Shown: in pieces, positions 1-7,193 of the stretch
Layout of the letters: each line of letters starts with the position of its first letter
Position numbering within the stretch: the stretch's first letter is position 1
Assembly: GCF_000283555.1 (NCBI RefSeq)
Contig: NC_016012.1
Coordinates: forward strand, 870,001-902,000
DNA length: 32,000 nucleotides
From: Candidatus Arthromitus sp. SFB-rat-Yit
Lineage (GTDB): Bacteria; Bacillota; Clostridia; Clostridiales; Clostridiaceae
Direction: 5' to 3'
The notes under the pieces: generated by a model
Told to the model about the DNA's origin: nothing
Databases searched by the model: none
What the model saw: the letters and a program-made list of their open reading frames with translations, nothing else
Position numbers and translations under genes: made by a program

Positions 1-585
1 ATCATACATAAGTTCAATCCCCGTGAGACCTCTTCCATCAATATCAGTTGATCCAAGTACATGAGATAAATACGCATTGTTTGGATAATATCTTTTTGTA
101 TCAGGTGAAACAATTATTCCTGATATGTTAAGCTCTTGAACTTTATCTACTTTTTGCTTTTCAACCCTTCTTATCAAATAAGCTGAACCTGCTGGATTAC
201 CTTTACTATCTTTGGTATTTAATACTCTTAAAACTTTTTGCTCATCCATTTCTAAAGAAGCAGCTATTTTAGGTGCAATATCTTCATATGTTAAAGAATT
301 TTTTTCCAAATATTCACGTATAGTTTTTAAATCTAAATCTACACGGTAAACATTAGCACTAACAGCCAACTCTTTTAAATTTCTATCTAAAATCGCCCCT
401 CTCCTCGCTTGAATTTTCACTGAACTAGTCCATTGATTTTCTGCTATTGCGTAATATTCATCACCTTTTATAATCATAACCCTAAAAAGATTCACTAAAA
501 TGACTAATATCAAAAAGTAAAATATAAACATAGTCACTAATGCCCTTTTCTTCATCATGAATCTATCAGTAAACTTATGTTTCAT
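1..585 (-). CDS. Penicillin-binding protein / FtsI-type transpeptidase, N-terminal part (gene continues past the left edge)
   Basis: Not in the ORF track. My translation from the ATG at 585..583 (GAGGTG RBS just upstream) gives MKHKFTDRFMMKKRALVTMFIFYFLILVILVNLF... This is an N-terminal membrane anchor followed by ...ARRGAILDRNLKELAVSANVYRVDLD..., the RGxIxDRN motif of the PBP dimerisation domain. It sits directly downstream of rsmH-ftsL, as in dcw clusters. Confidence 0.75.
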   Translation of the reverse strand, partial: MKHKFTDRFMMKKRALVTMFIFYFLILVILVNLFRVMIIKGDEYYAIAENQWTSSVKIQARRGAILDRNLKELAVSANVYRVDLDLKTIREYLEKNSLTYEDIAPKIAASLEMDEQKVLRVLNTKDSKGNPAGSAYLIRRVEKQKVDKVQELNISGIIVSPDTKRYYPNNAYLSHVLGSTDIDGRGLTGIELMYD

Positions 586-623
586 GTCTCACCTCTGTAA
601 AAATAAAGAATCTAGATGCTCCT

Positions 624-1046
624 TTAATTCTTTCCCGTTAATTTATCATACAGCTTAATAAGAAATGGTCTATCTGGTTCTTCTTTTACTTCAACATCAA
701 AATTATCTTTGTTCAAATCAACAATCACAAAATCTCCAAGTTTAGGTGGCGTCATTCCCAAAAATTCTGCATACTCCATAACCTTATCAAAGCCTTTTAA
801 ATTTAAAATCTCAAGTTGTAAACTTTCAAGCTCCTCCGTCAGATTACTAATTTGAGATTTCAAAACATTAACTTCCCTTTGTTTCTTATAAACCTTCGAA
901 CTTCCATTAATAAGAAAAGCACCACAAATAATAAAACATATAAACACGTAAAAAAAACTTCGTCTAACATAAATATTAAAGGAACGTTTCTTTACAAACA
1001 TCACCTCTTCTTCTTGATTATTAAAAATTTTTCTATTTTCTTCCAT
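624..1046 (-). CDS. ftsL: FtsL-like cell division protein
   Basis: 140 aa with one TM helix (FFYVFICFIICGAFLI) followed by a coiled-coil/leucine-zipper stretch (LKSQISNLTEELESLQLEILNLK). It lies between rsmH and the PBP gene. ATG is preceded by GGTGAG. Confidence 0.7.
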   Translation of the reverse strand: MEENRKIFNNQEEEVMFVKKRSFNIYVRRSFFYVFICFIICGAFLINGSSKVYKKQREVNVLKSQISNLTEELESLQLEILNLKGFDKVMEYAEFLGMTPPKLGDFVIVDLNKDNFDVEVKEEPDRPFLIKLYDKLTGKN

Positions 1047-1080
1047 GTTTACTCACCTTTTAAGAAATTTATTACTTATT

Positions 1081-2019
1081 TTAATAAATTAATTTTTCTG
1101 CCACCCTCAATTTGGCCGAAGATGAACGTGAATTTTTGGAAATCTCTAAGCTTGATGGCAAAATAGGTTTCCTAGTTATGATTGATATTTCTTTTTTCTT
1201 TTCACATTTACAAATAGGAAAATCTTTTGGGCAAATACACTCAGTTGCCAAATAATTAAACGTGTTTTTCACTATCCTATCTTCTAAAGAATGGAAAGTT
1301 ATAATAGCAATGCGTCCCCCAATTTTCAAATTATTCACAGAATCAACTATTGTATTTTCTAATATTTCAAGTTCCCCATTGACCTCTATACGAAGTGCCT
1401 GAAAAACTTTTTTAGAAAGATGACCTCTCTTTTTTATTTCAAATCTTGGTATAGTATCGTCAATTAATTTAACTAAATCATGTGTTGTAGATATCTTGTT
1501 TAATTTTCTTGATTCAACGATTTTACGAGCTATTTTTTTATGATACTTTTCTTCTCCATAAACCCTAAATATGTGACTAAGTTTTTCTTCATCATACTCA
1601 TTTATGATATCATAAGCCGAAAAAGTTTGAGATGTATTCATTCTCATATCGAGCTTACCATTTCTTATATAACTAAATCCCCTTTCATCTGTATCAATTT
1701 GATATGAAGATACACCTAAATCCATTAAAATTCCATCGACCTTTTCTATTTCAAGAGTTTTAAGTATTAGATCAATATTTTTAAAATTATCCTGTACAAA
1801 ATTTATGTTGGTATGATTCGAAAATTTTTGTTTGCAATAATCAATTGCATACTGATCTTGATCTATCGCTATAAGTCTTCCCGTACTATGTAATCTATGT
1901 AAAATTTCCGCTGAATGTCCACCGCCTCCAAGGGTGCAATCAACATAAATTCCTTCCTTTTTTATATTAAGAGCATGGATACTTTCGTCAAGCATTACCG
2001 AAAAGTGATTGAACTGCAA
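1081..2019 (-). CDS. rsmH: 16S rRNA (cytosine1402-N4)-methyltransferase RsmH (MraW)
   Basis: 312 aa. The N-terminus FNHFSVMLDESIHALNIKKEGIYVDCTLGGGGHS matches the RsmH SAM-binding signature, and SLEDR and SAKLRVAEK motifs are present. TTG start at 2019 is preceded by GGGGA. Confidence 0.95.
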   Translation of the reverse strand: MQFNHFSVMLDESIHALNIKKEGIYVDCTLGGGGHSAEILHRLHSTGRLIAIDQDQYAIDYCKQKFSNHTNINFVQDNFKNIDLILKTLEIEKVDGILMDLGVSSYQIDTDERGFSYIRNGKLDMRMNTSQTFSAYDIINEYDEEKLSHIFRVYGEEKYHKKIARKIVESRKLNKISTTHDLVKLIDDTIPRFEIKKRGHLSKKVFQALRIEVNGELEILENTIVDSVNNLKIGGRIAIITFHSLEDRIVKNTFNYLATECICPKDFPICKCEKKKEISIITRKPILPSSLEISKNSRSSSAKLRVAEKLIY

Positions 2020-2105
2020 AATTTTTCCCCATTTCTATTTTTAACTAATTGTATATATTTTACTTAATTATATAAAAACCTTCTATAATCTTCAAAGTTT
2101 TTAAT

Positions 2106-2144
2106 TAATAAAACAAAAGCCGAACCGAATAAATAGGTTCAGCT
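2106..2144 (-). terminator. Rho-independent terminator downstream of the M16 peptidase operon
   Basis: On the minus strand: AGCTGAACC-(9 nt loop)-GGTTCGGCT followed by TTTTGTTTTATT. The 9-bp stem includes one G:U pair. Confidence 0.7.
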
Positions 2145-2150
2145 AAATTC

Positions 2151-3407
2151 TTAAACTACTCTGGAATATACCATGTTAACTTCTTTAAAAATACTTTTAA
2201 ATTCAAATATAACATCATCGAGTGTAACTTTATTTAATTCATCAAAATAATCAAAGATATTCAAATTATTTTTTATAAGTTTAATCATAAGTTGCGAAAT
2301 ATGATCAATGTTGTTAAATAAATTAATATAATTCCCGTACATAGCTTTCTTAACTCGATCAAAAACAATCTTATCTTTTGAAAAATCATAATTATTATAA
2401 TGGTCAAACAAAATTTCTGGAAGATTTTTGAACAAATCACCATCACCACCAAATAAATAATGACCATACTCATTTTCGTTTATATAATCTGTATAATAGC
2501 TTCCGTTTATTATCCCATCTTTATAAATCTTTTCATAAAAGTTTGATGTCGCTCTAAAAAACATTCTATGTATCATCTCAAAAATTATAAATTTCTTAAC
2601 ATAATTTGTAGATCTAGTCACATCTTTAAATCCTATTAGATTCGTAGGCACGCTCATTTTCATATCCTGCTCTACATAATGCTTACTAATTTCATCAAAC
2701 ATATCAAATTTTTGTCTAACTATATTTTTACTAAATTTGTTTACAATGAATCTCTCTAGCATCTCTTTACACTCTTCTGCCTTAACATTACCGACCAAAA
2801 CTAAAAACATATTATTATTTGAATAAAATGTATTATAACAATCTTCCAAGTGACTCTTTTCTATAAGTTTTATTGTATTAACATCTCCGCCTATATCAAA
2901 TCTAACAGGATGATTATTATACATTGCAGAAAGTAAATTTCTATAAACTCTATTGTATGGATCATCGTCATACATTTTAAGTTCCTGTTCAATAATAGGC
3001 TTTTCTTTATCAACTCTCTCAGTTGTTAACTTTAAGTTGTAAATCATATCGCAAAGATACTCGAGCGACTTTTCAAAATTGTTGATAGTGCTAAAATAAT
3101 AATTCGTAATATTATTTGATGTATAAGCATTAACATCTGCACCAATATCCGAAAATTTTTTAAATACCTCATCATCACCCATACCATCAAACATTTTATG
3201 TTCCAAAAAATGAGCAATTCCCAATGGATATCTCTTAAATTCCTTTTCATCATTAAACTTAAATGAAATATCATTTGAACCATACTTTATAACAAAATAA
3301 GCTGATGCAATGGAAAATTCATTTTTTTCCATGACATAAACTTTAAGTCCATTTATCTCAAAACTTTTTACAGACTCCTTTAGTAAATCATTTTTCAAAA
3401 TTTTCAT
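2151..3407 (-). CDS. M16 (pitrilysin/insulinase) family zinc peptidase, catalytic-type subunit
   Basis: 418 aa carrying the inverted zinc motif HxxEH (GIAHFLEHKMFDG). ATGA overlap with the upstream partner gene. Confidence 0.85.
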   Translation of the reverse strand: MKILKNDLLKESVKSFEINGLKVYVMEKNEFSIASAYFVIKYGSNDISFKFNDEKEFKRYPLGIAHFLEHKMFDGMGDDEVFKKFSDIGADVNAYTSNNITNYYFSTINNFEKSLEYLCDMIYNLKLTTERVDKEKPIIEQELKMYDDDPYNRVYRNLLSAMYNNHPVRFDIGGDVNTIKLIEKSHLEDCYNTFYSNNNMFLVLVGNVKAEECKEMLERFIVNKFSKNIVRQKFDMFDEISKHYVEQDMKMSVPTNLIGFKDVTRSTNYVKKFIIFEMIHRMFFRATSNFYEKIYKDGIINGSYYTDYINENEYGHYLFGGDGDLFKNLPEILFDHYNNYDFSKDKIVFDRVKKAMYGNYINLFNNIDHISQLMIKLIKNNLNIFDYFDELNKVTLDDVIFEFKSIFKEVNMVYSRVV

Positions 3408-4636
3408 TCATTCATCTCCCCACAAGGTCTAACAGAAAATATCGCCGATTTAAATATTCTTTTTGAAACTTCTATTATTCTCCCTTTATCAACCTTATCT
3501 ATATTGTCTATAAATTCATCTACACCTATGTATTTATCAAAAATATATAACGGTGCAATAAATGCATGTATAGCAGAAATTCTATCATAAATGGACATCA
3601 AAATACGCCTTATTGTCATTTTAGCATTTTCTATTTCTAAATCCGTAATCTCTCCACTCTGCATACTCTCAATTTCTTTTAAAATAATTTCTTTTGTATA
3701 ATCCAAATTTTTATCATCAATTCCGCATTCAATTGAAATTAAACCTTTAAACTTTTCATAATAAGAATTTATATAATAAACAAGACTTTGTTTCTGACGA
3801 ACTTCTCTATAAAGTTTTGAATATCCACCACCCAAAATACAATTAAACACAAAAAAGGCATAATAATCACCGTTAAAAATCGTGATATCAGTTTTAAAGT
3901 TTATAACTAACTTTGTTTGTGTAACTTCATGGTTTTCAAATTCTTCAACAAAAGGAGTTTCTATAAATTTATTATTGTTTGTTGAAAACCTTTTTTGGAT
4001 ATTATCTCCAAATCTATCGCTGAGCATACTCTTTATTTTTTCTTCATCAAAATCGCCCATAACAATAAAATAATATGGAAGAGTCTTCAAATTTTCATAA
4101 TACTCATAGAGATTAAATTCATCAATTTTATCGAGACTCTCAATACTTCCATAAAAATGGTTTGCATATGGCTCATTTTTAGTAGATAACTGTTCGCATT
4201 TTATGTACGCATAATAACCCTTTGAGTCTACAATACTCAAAATATTTGAACGAAGATTTTCCTTCTCTATATCGAGGAAATCCTTTTTAAAACAATTTCC
4301 ATCATTTAAAGTGTTATAAAAAATTTCATATAAAAAATCAATCACATCTTCCCAAAGTGAAATATTTTCTATGATATATTTATCTTTCAAAAAACTTATG
4401 TAAATTGTAAATACAGCAACCTCTCCATATTTATTAAGATAACAATCAAATTGGGCTCCATACATCTCTTGAAGTTTGCTATAAAGTTTTTTGAATGAAT
4501 CGTACTTCTTTGATCCTACCTTAATCATTTCCGCTATCAAATTTAGATCCGTAATCTTTTCATCTAAATCAATTGGGATATTCAAACTAATGCTATTGGA
4601 CTTAAATTTATCATTTTTAATAAATTTTATGTTCAT
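3404..4636 (-). CDS. M16 family peptidase-like protein lacking the HxxEH motif (probable non-catalytic partner)
   Basis: 410 aa, of similar size to the downstream M16 gene and translationally coupled to it (ATGA overlap). I see no HxxEH in the sequence. The pairing resembles the YmfF/YmfH arrangement. Confidence 0.65.
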   Translation of the reverse strand: MNIKFIKNDKFKSNSISLNIPIDLDEKITDLNLIAEMIKVGSKKYDSFKKLYSKLQEMYGAQFDCYLNKYGEVAVFTIYISFLKDKYIIENISLWEDVIDFLYEIFYNTLNDGNCFKKDFLDIEKENLRSNILSIVDSKGYYAYIKCEQLSTKNEPYANHFYGSIESLDKIDEFNLYEYYENLKTLPYYFIVMGDFDEEKIKSMLSDRFGDNIQKRFSTNNNKFIETPFVEEFENHEVTQTKLVINFKTDITIFNGDYYAFFVFNCILGGGYSKLYREVRQKQSLVYYINSYYEKFKGLISIECGIDDKNLDYTKEIILKEIESMQSGEITDLEIENAKMTIRRILMSIYDRISAIHAFIAPLYIFDKYIGVDEFIDNIDKVDKGRIIEVSKRIFKSAIFSVRPCGEMNE

Positions 4637-4667
4637 AAAAACAGAAACCTCGCTAACATTATTAAAT

Positions 4668-4696
4668 TTGACACAACAAAATTAATCATCTATAAT
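4668..4696 (+). promoter_or_regulatory. Consensus sigma-A promoter for tRNA-Sec
   Basis: TTGACA (4668..4673), a 17-nt spacer, then TATAAT (4691..4696). It lies about 15 nt upstream of the tRNA 5' end. Confidence 0.7.
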
Positions 4697-4710
4697 ATCT
4701 AATATATCTT

Positions 4711-4807
4711 GGGGGTAGATGAGTTCTGGTGGACTTGCAAGTCTTCAAAACTATGTTATCGTGCTAATACCACGATAGGTGGGTTCGATTCCTACATACT
4801 CCCGCCA
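4711..4807 (+). tRNA. selC: tRNA-Sec (selenocysteine), anticodon UCA
   Basis: 97 nt, folded by hand. Acceptor arm is GGGGGTAG/ATACTCCC (7 bp plus 1 mismatch). D arm has a 6-bp stem (GAGTTC/GGACTT) and a 4-nt loop (TGGT), typical of tRNA-Sec. Anticodon loop is CTTCAAA, giving UCA. The long variable arm has a 7-bp stem (TATCGTG/CACGATA). T arm is GTGGG-TTCGATT-CCTAC. Discriminator is G and CCA is encoded. Confidence 0.85.
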
Positions 4808-4818
4808 CTAATTGCAAT

Positions 4819-4849
4819 AAAAAGGCATATCTCACGATATGCCTTTTTT
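4819..4849. terminator. Bidirectional rho-independent terminator (selC on +, paralog P1 on -)
   Basis: A5 - GGCATATC - tcac - GATATGCC - T6. The symmetric A/T flanks let it work on both strands. Confidence 0.75.
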
Positions 4850-4886
4850 ATTGAAAAAATATAACATATAAAATAAAATAAATCAA

Positions 4887-5534
4887 TTATCTTTTTTGAT
4901 ATACAACTGTTGAAGTTCCACCATTACCTTCATAAGTTTTAGTGATACTATTGCCATCTTCAAGCACAGTAATCTTTGTTGTTGTATTATTCTTAGAGTC
5001 AGTTGTTTTAACCTCTTTTTTAAATTGTGATCCATCTTTAGTATTAGTAACTGTTACTTTCTTAGTTTTAGTTCCTCCGTCAATAGTATTATTACTAGTT
5101 AAAATTGTTGTACTATTACCTTGTTGATTTACAAATATATTTTTAGGAAGTCCATCTTTTGTCTTTGTTTCTATTTTAATCTGTCCTCCTAAGGGCACAC
5201 GAACAATTGTATATGGGCCATTATTAGGATTAATATTTTTTATAATACCATCTCTAGTTATTGTAGTAACATTAGATCCTGGTCTTACATTAAGAGTCTC
5301 GTCTCCCCCAGTACCACCTGTAAATTTTACTTTTACAGCATAACCTCCAAATGTATCTCCATTAATAAAAGGTGATTTACCTAAACCCTGTTTTACACCT
5401 GTCATTAATCTAAGCATAATCTGAGTAACTCCAACCTTCAGACTAGCCTGAGCTTCAACTTTAGTAAACAAACTAAAACAAGACGCTAATCCCACTACTC
5501 CTAAACAACTACCTAAATATTTTTTGTTCATCAT
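4887..5534 (-). CDS. Secreted Thr/Gly/Asn-rich protein of unknown function, paralog P1
   Basis: 215 aa. Signal peptide MMNKKYLGSCLGVVGLASCFSLFTKVEAQA. It shares ordered motifs with P2-P4 (FGG, LNVRPGS, GGQIKIETKTKDGLPK, TTD..NNTTT, C-terminal VVYQKR). GGAG RBS lies 10 nt upstream. There are only 40 bp to P2, so it is probably co-transcribed. Confidence 0.8.
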   Translation of the reverse strand: MMNKKYLGSCLGVVGLASCFSLFTKVEAQASLKVGVTQIMLRLMTGVKQGLGKSPFINGDTFGGYAVKVKFTGGTGGDETLNVRPGSNVTTITRDGIIKNINPNNGPYTIVRVPLGGQIKIETKTKDGLPKNIFVNQQGNSTTILTSNNTIDGGTKTKKVTVTNTKDGSQFKKEVKTTDSKNNTTTKITVLEDGNSITKTYEGNGGTSTVVYQKR

Positions 5535-5574
5535 ATTATGTCAACTCCTATATCCGATTAATAAAATGAGCTAA

Positions 5575-6249
5575 TTAATTATTTTCGTATATGATTACCG
5601 TCTTATCTCCACCATGATATTTAGTAGTAGTACCTTCAGGATTTCTAGTTACAGAACGAGCCGTAAGAGAATTTGAATCTCCAAGTGTCATAGTTACAAC
5701 AAGTGTTGTAGTTGAATCTTTTGTAGGATCAGTTGTTCTAACAGTTTTTGTGAGTTTTGACCCATTTCCACTACCAGTCACCTCATAAAATTTAAACTTA
5801 CTTCCCCCACCTACAGTAGTCTTATAAGTTGAAGCATCTACTGAACCATCACCATTTGGTTTTATAAGCATCGTCTTAGGAGAACCATTACTCGTAGTCG
5901 TATCTATCTTCAATTGACCTCCTGCAGGTAACATAATAGTTTTAGGTCCATTCCCAGTAACATTAATAGGAATATTATCACCATTTCCATTTATCAAAGT
6001 ATATTTAGATCCCGGTCTTAAATTAAGAGCAGAAGTATTATTTCCACTATCGTTCCCAACGAGCGTCTTAATAGAACTTCCTCCAAATACATTCTTTGTT
6101 ATAAATGAATTTCCATTACCCAAACCATATTTAGTCAAAGTGGAAAGAAGAGTAGGTCTAGCCTGAGCTTTAGTTCCAGGCAGAAGGCTACTAACAGCTG
6201 CTACCCCCCCCCATACTCCTAAACAGATTCCCAAATATTTTTTCTTCAT
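5575..6249 (-). CDS. Secreted Thr/Gly/Asn-rich protein of unknown function, paralog P2 (contains the G9 tract)
   Basis: I trimmed the track ORF (5575..6303) to the ATG at 6249, which gives MKKKYLGICLG... and is preceded by GAGGT. The 18 upstream codons fall inside the conserved promoter/leader. Signal peptide ends ...TKAQA. Family motifs are FGG, LNLRPGS, GGQLKID, PKTML, RTTD..STTT, NSLTARSVT and IIYENN. Confidence 0.8.
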   Translation of the reverse strand: MKKKYLGICLGVWGGVAAVSSLLPGTKAQARPTLLSTLTKYGLGNGNSFITKNVFGGSSIKTLVGNDSGNNTSALNLRPGSKYTLINGNGDNIPINVTGNGPKTIMLPAGGQLKIDTTTSNGSPKTMLIKPNGDGSVDASTYKTTVGGGSKFKFYEVTGSGNGSKLTKTVRTTDPTKDSTTTLVVTMTLGDSNSLTARSVTRNPEGTTTKYHGGDKTVIIYENN

Positions 6250-6320
6250 ATGTACTTTAACCTCAATACTTAAATTTTTATTTATTAATAAATTGTAACA
6301 CACTAATGAACAATTTTAAA
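6250..6320 (-). promoter_or_regulatory. Conserved promoter plus 5' leader cassette, copy A (upstream of P2)
   Basis: The minus strand reads ...TTCATTAGTGTGTTACAATTTATTAATAAATAAAAATTTAAGTATTGAGGTTAAAGTACAT-ATG. Extended -10 TGTTACAAT is at 6292..6300 and RBS GAGG at 6261..6264. It is near-identical to 7031..7103. Confidence 0.65.
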
Positions 6321-6355
6321 CCAAAACACCAAAATTAAATAATAAAATAAATCCA

Positions 6356-7030
6356 TTAACTATTTTCATATATAATTGTCATATTAATTCCATCGCTATA
6401 TCTTGTAATCCTCTCTTCTGGAGTTACGGTCACAGAACGAGCTGTACTGTTTGGATTTTCACTACCTCCCGTTACTATAGTAGTTGTTGTCGTTGAATTG
6501 TTCCGATCGTCTGTCTCTCTAATTATTTTTTCCATTTTTGAATCCACTCCCGTACCAGTCACAGTTAAGAACTTAATCTTAAATCCTCCATTATCATTTC
6601 GTTTTGAAGTTGTAAGAGTTACGCTATCAAAGCCAGTTTCTAATAACATAGTCTTAGGCATTCCATCCTTAGTTTTCGTATTTAATTGAACTTTTGAATC
6701 ATTCTGAGTGTTTAAATACATCAACGATCCTTCACCAGCTAAATCCATACTCGTTCTTGTTCCATCTTTATCTATTACAATTACCTTAGTTCCTACTCTC
6801 ACATTAAGAGCCGAAGGATCTCCTCCAGAATTTCCTACACGTATTTTATAAACATTCCCTCCAAATGGACCTCTAGTTAAAAAACCTCTAGACCCACCCA
6901 TCATAAGTTTTACCATACTAGATGTTGCTCCAAGTTTTGGAATAGCTTTAACATCAACTTTTGTCAAAAAACTAAACAAGGACACTATACCCAATGTACT
7001 CAGACAAGTGCCCAAATATTTTTTATTCAT
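6356..7030 (-). CDS. Secreted Thr/Gly/Asn-rich protein of unknown function, paralog P3
   Basis: I trimmed the track ORF (6356..7048) to the ATG at 7030 (MNKKYLGTCLS...), which has the same GAGGT-N10-ATG context as P2. Signal peptide ends ...VDVKA. Motifs are FGG, SALNVRVG, KTKDGMPKTML, RETD..STTTT, NSTARSVT and IIYENS. Confidence 0.8.
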   Translation of the reverse strand: MNKKYLGTCLSTLGIVSLFSFLTKVDVKAIPKLGATSSMVKLMMGGSRGFLTRGPFGGNVYKIRVGNSGGDPSALNVRVGTKVIVIDKDGTRTSMDLAGEGSLMYLNTQNDSKVQLNTKTKDGMPKTMLLETGFDSVTLTTSKRNDNGGFKIKFLTVTGTGVDSKMEKIIRETDDRNNSTTTTTIVTGGSENPNSTARSVTVTPEERITRYSDGINMTIIYENS

Positions 7031-7103
7031 ATGTACTTTAAACCTCAATACTTAAAATATTTTTATTTGTTAATAGATTGTAACACACTAATGAATAAAT
7101 TTA
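7031..7103 (-). promoter_or_regulatory. Conserved promoter plus 5' leader cassette, copy B (upstream of P3)
   Basis: Extended -10 TGTTACAAT is at 7077..7085. The sequence catatgtactttaaacctcaatacttaaaatatttttatttgttaatagattgtaacacactaatgaa aligns with 6247..6310 with only a few substitutions or indels. Confidence 0.65.
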
Positions 7104-7143
7104 AATAAAAATAATAAAAGCATTTTTATTTTGATAATTTGTT

Positions 7144-7152
7144 TGGTATAAT
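7144..7152 (+). promoter_or_regulatory. Candidate extended -10 promoter for P4 (divergent from P3)
   Basis: TGGTATAAT (TGnTATAAT) lies about 42 nt upstream of the P4 ATG. The -35 is weak (TTTTAT). Confidence 0.45.
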
Positions 7153-7193
7153 TTACTTAAAAATTTAAATTTTAAGGATAAAGATAGAATTAT

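Noticed and set aside
4887-7030. Possible lipoprotein lipobox (L-G-[SIT]-C) at the N-termini of P1-P3.
   Set aside because: The Cys is at residue 9-10, before the hydrophobic core rather than after it. The -2 Gly is atypical for a lipobox. AxA-type signal peptidase I sites (VEAQA, TKAQA, VKA) follow the h-region. These are more likely ordinary Sec signal peptides.
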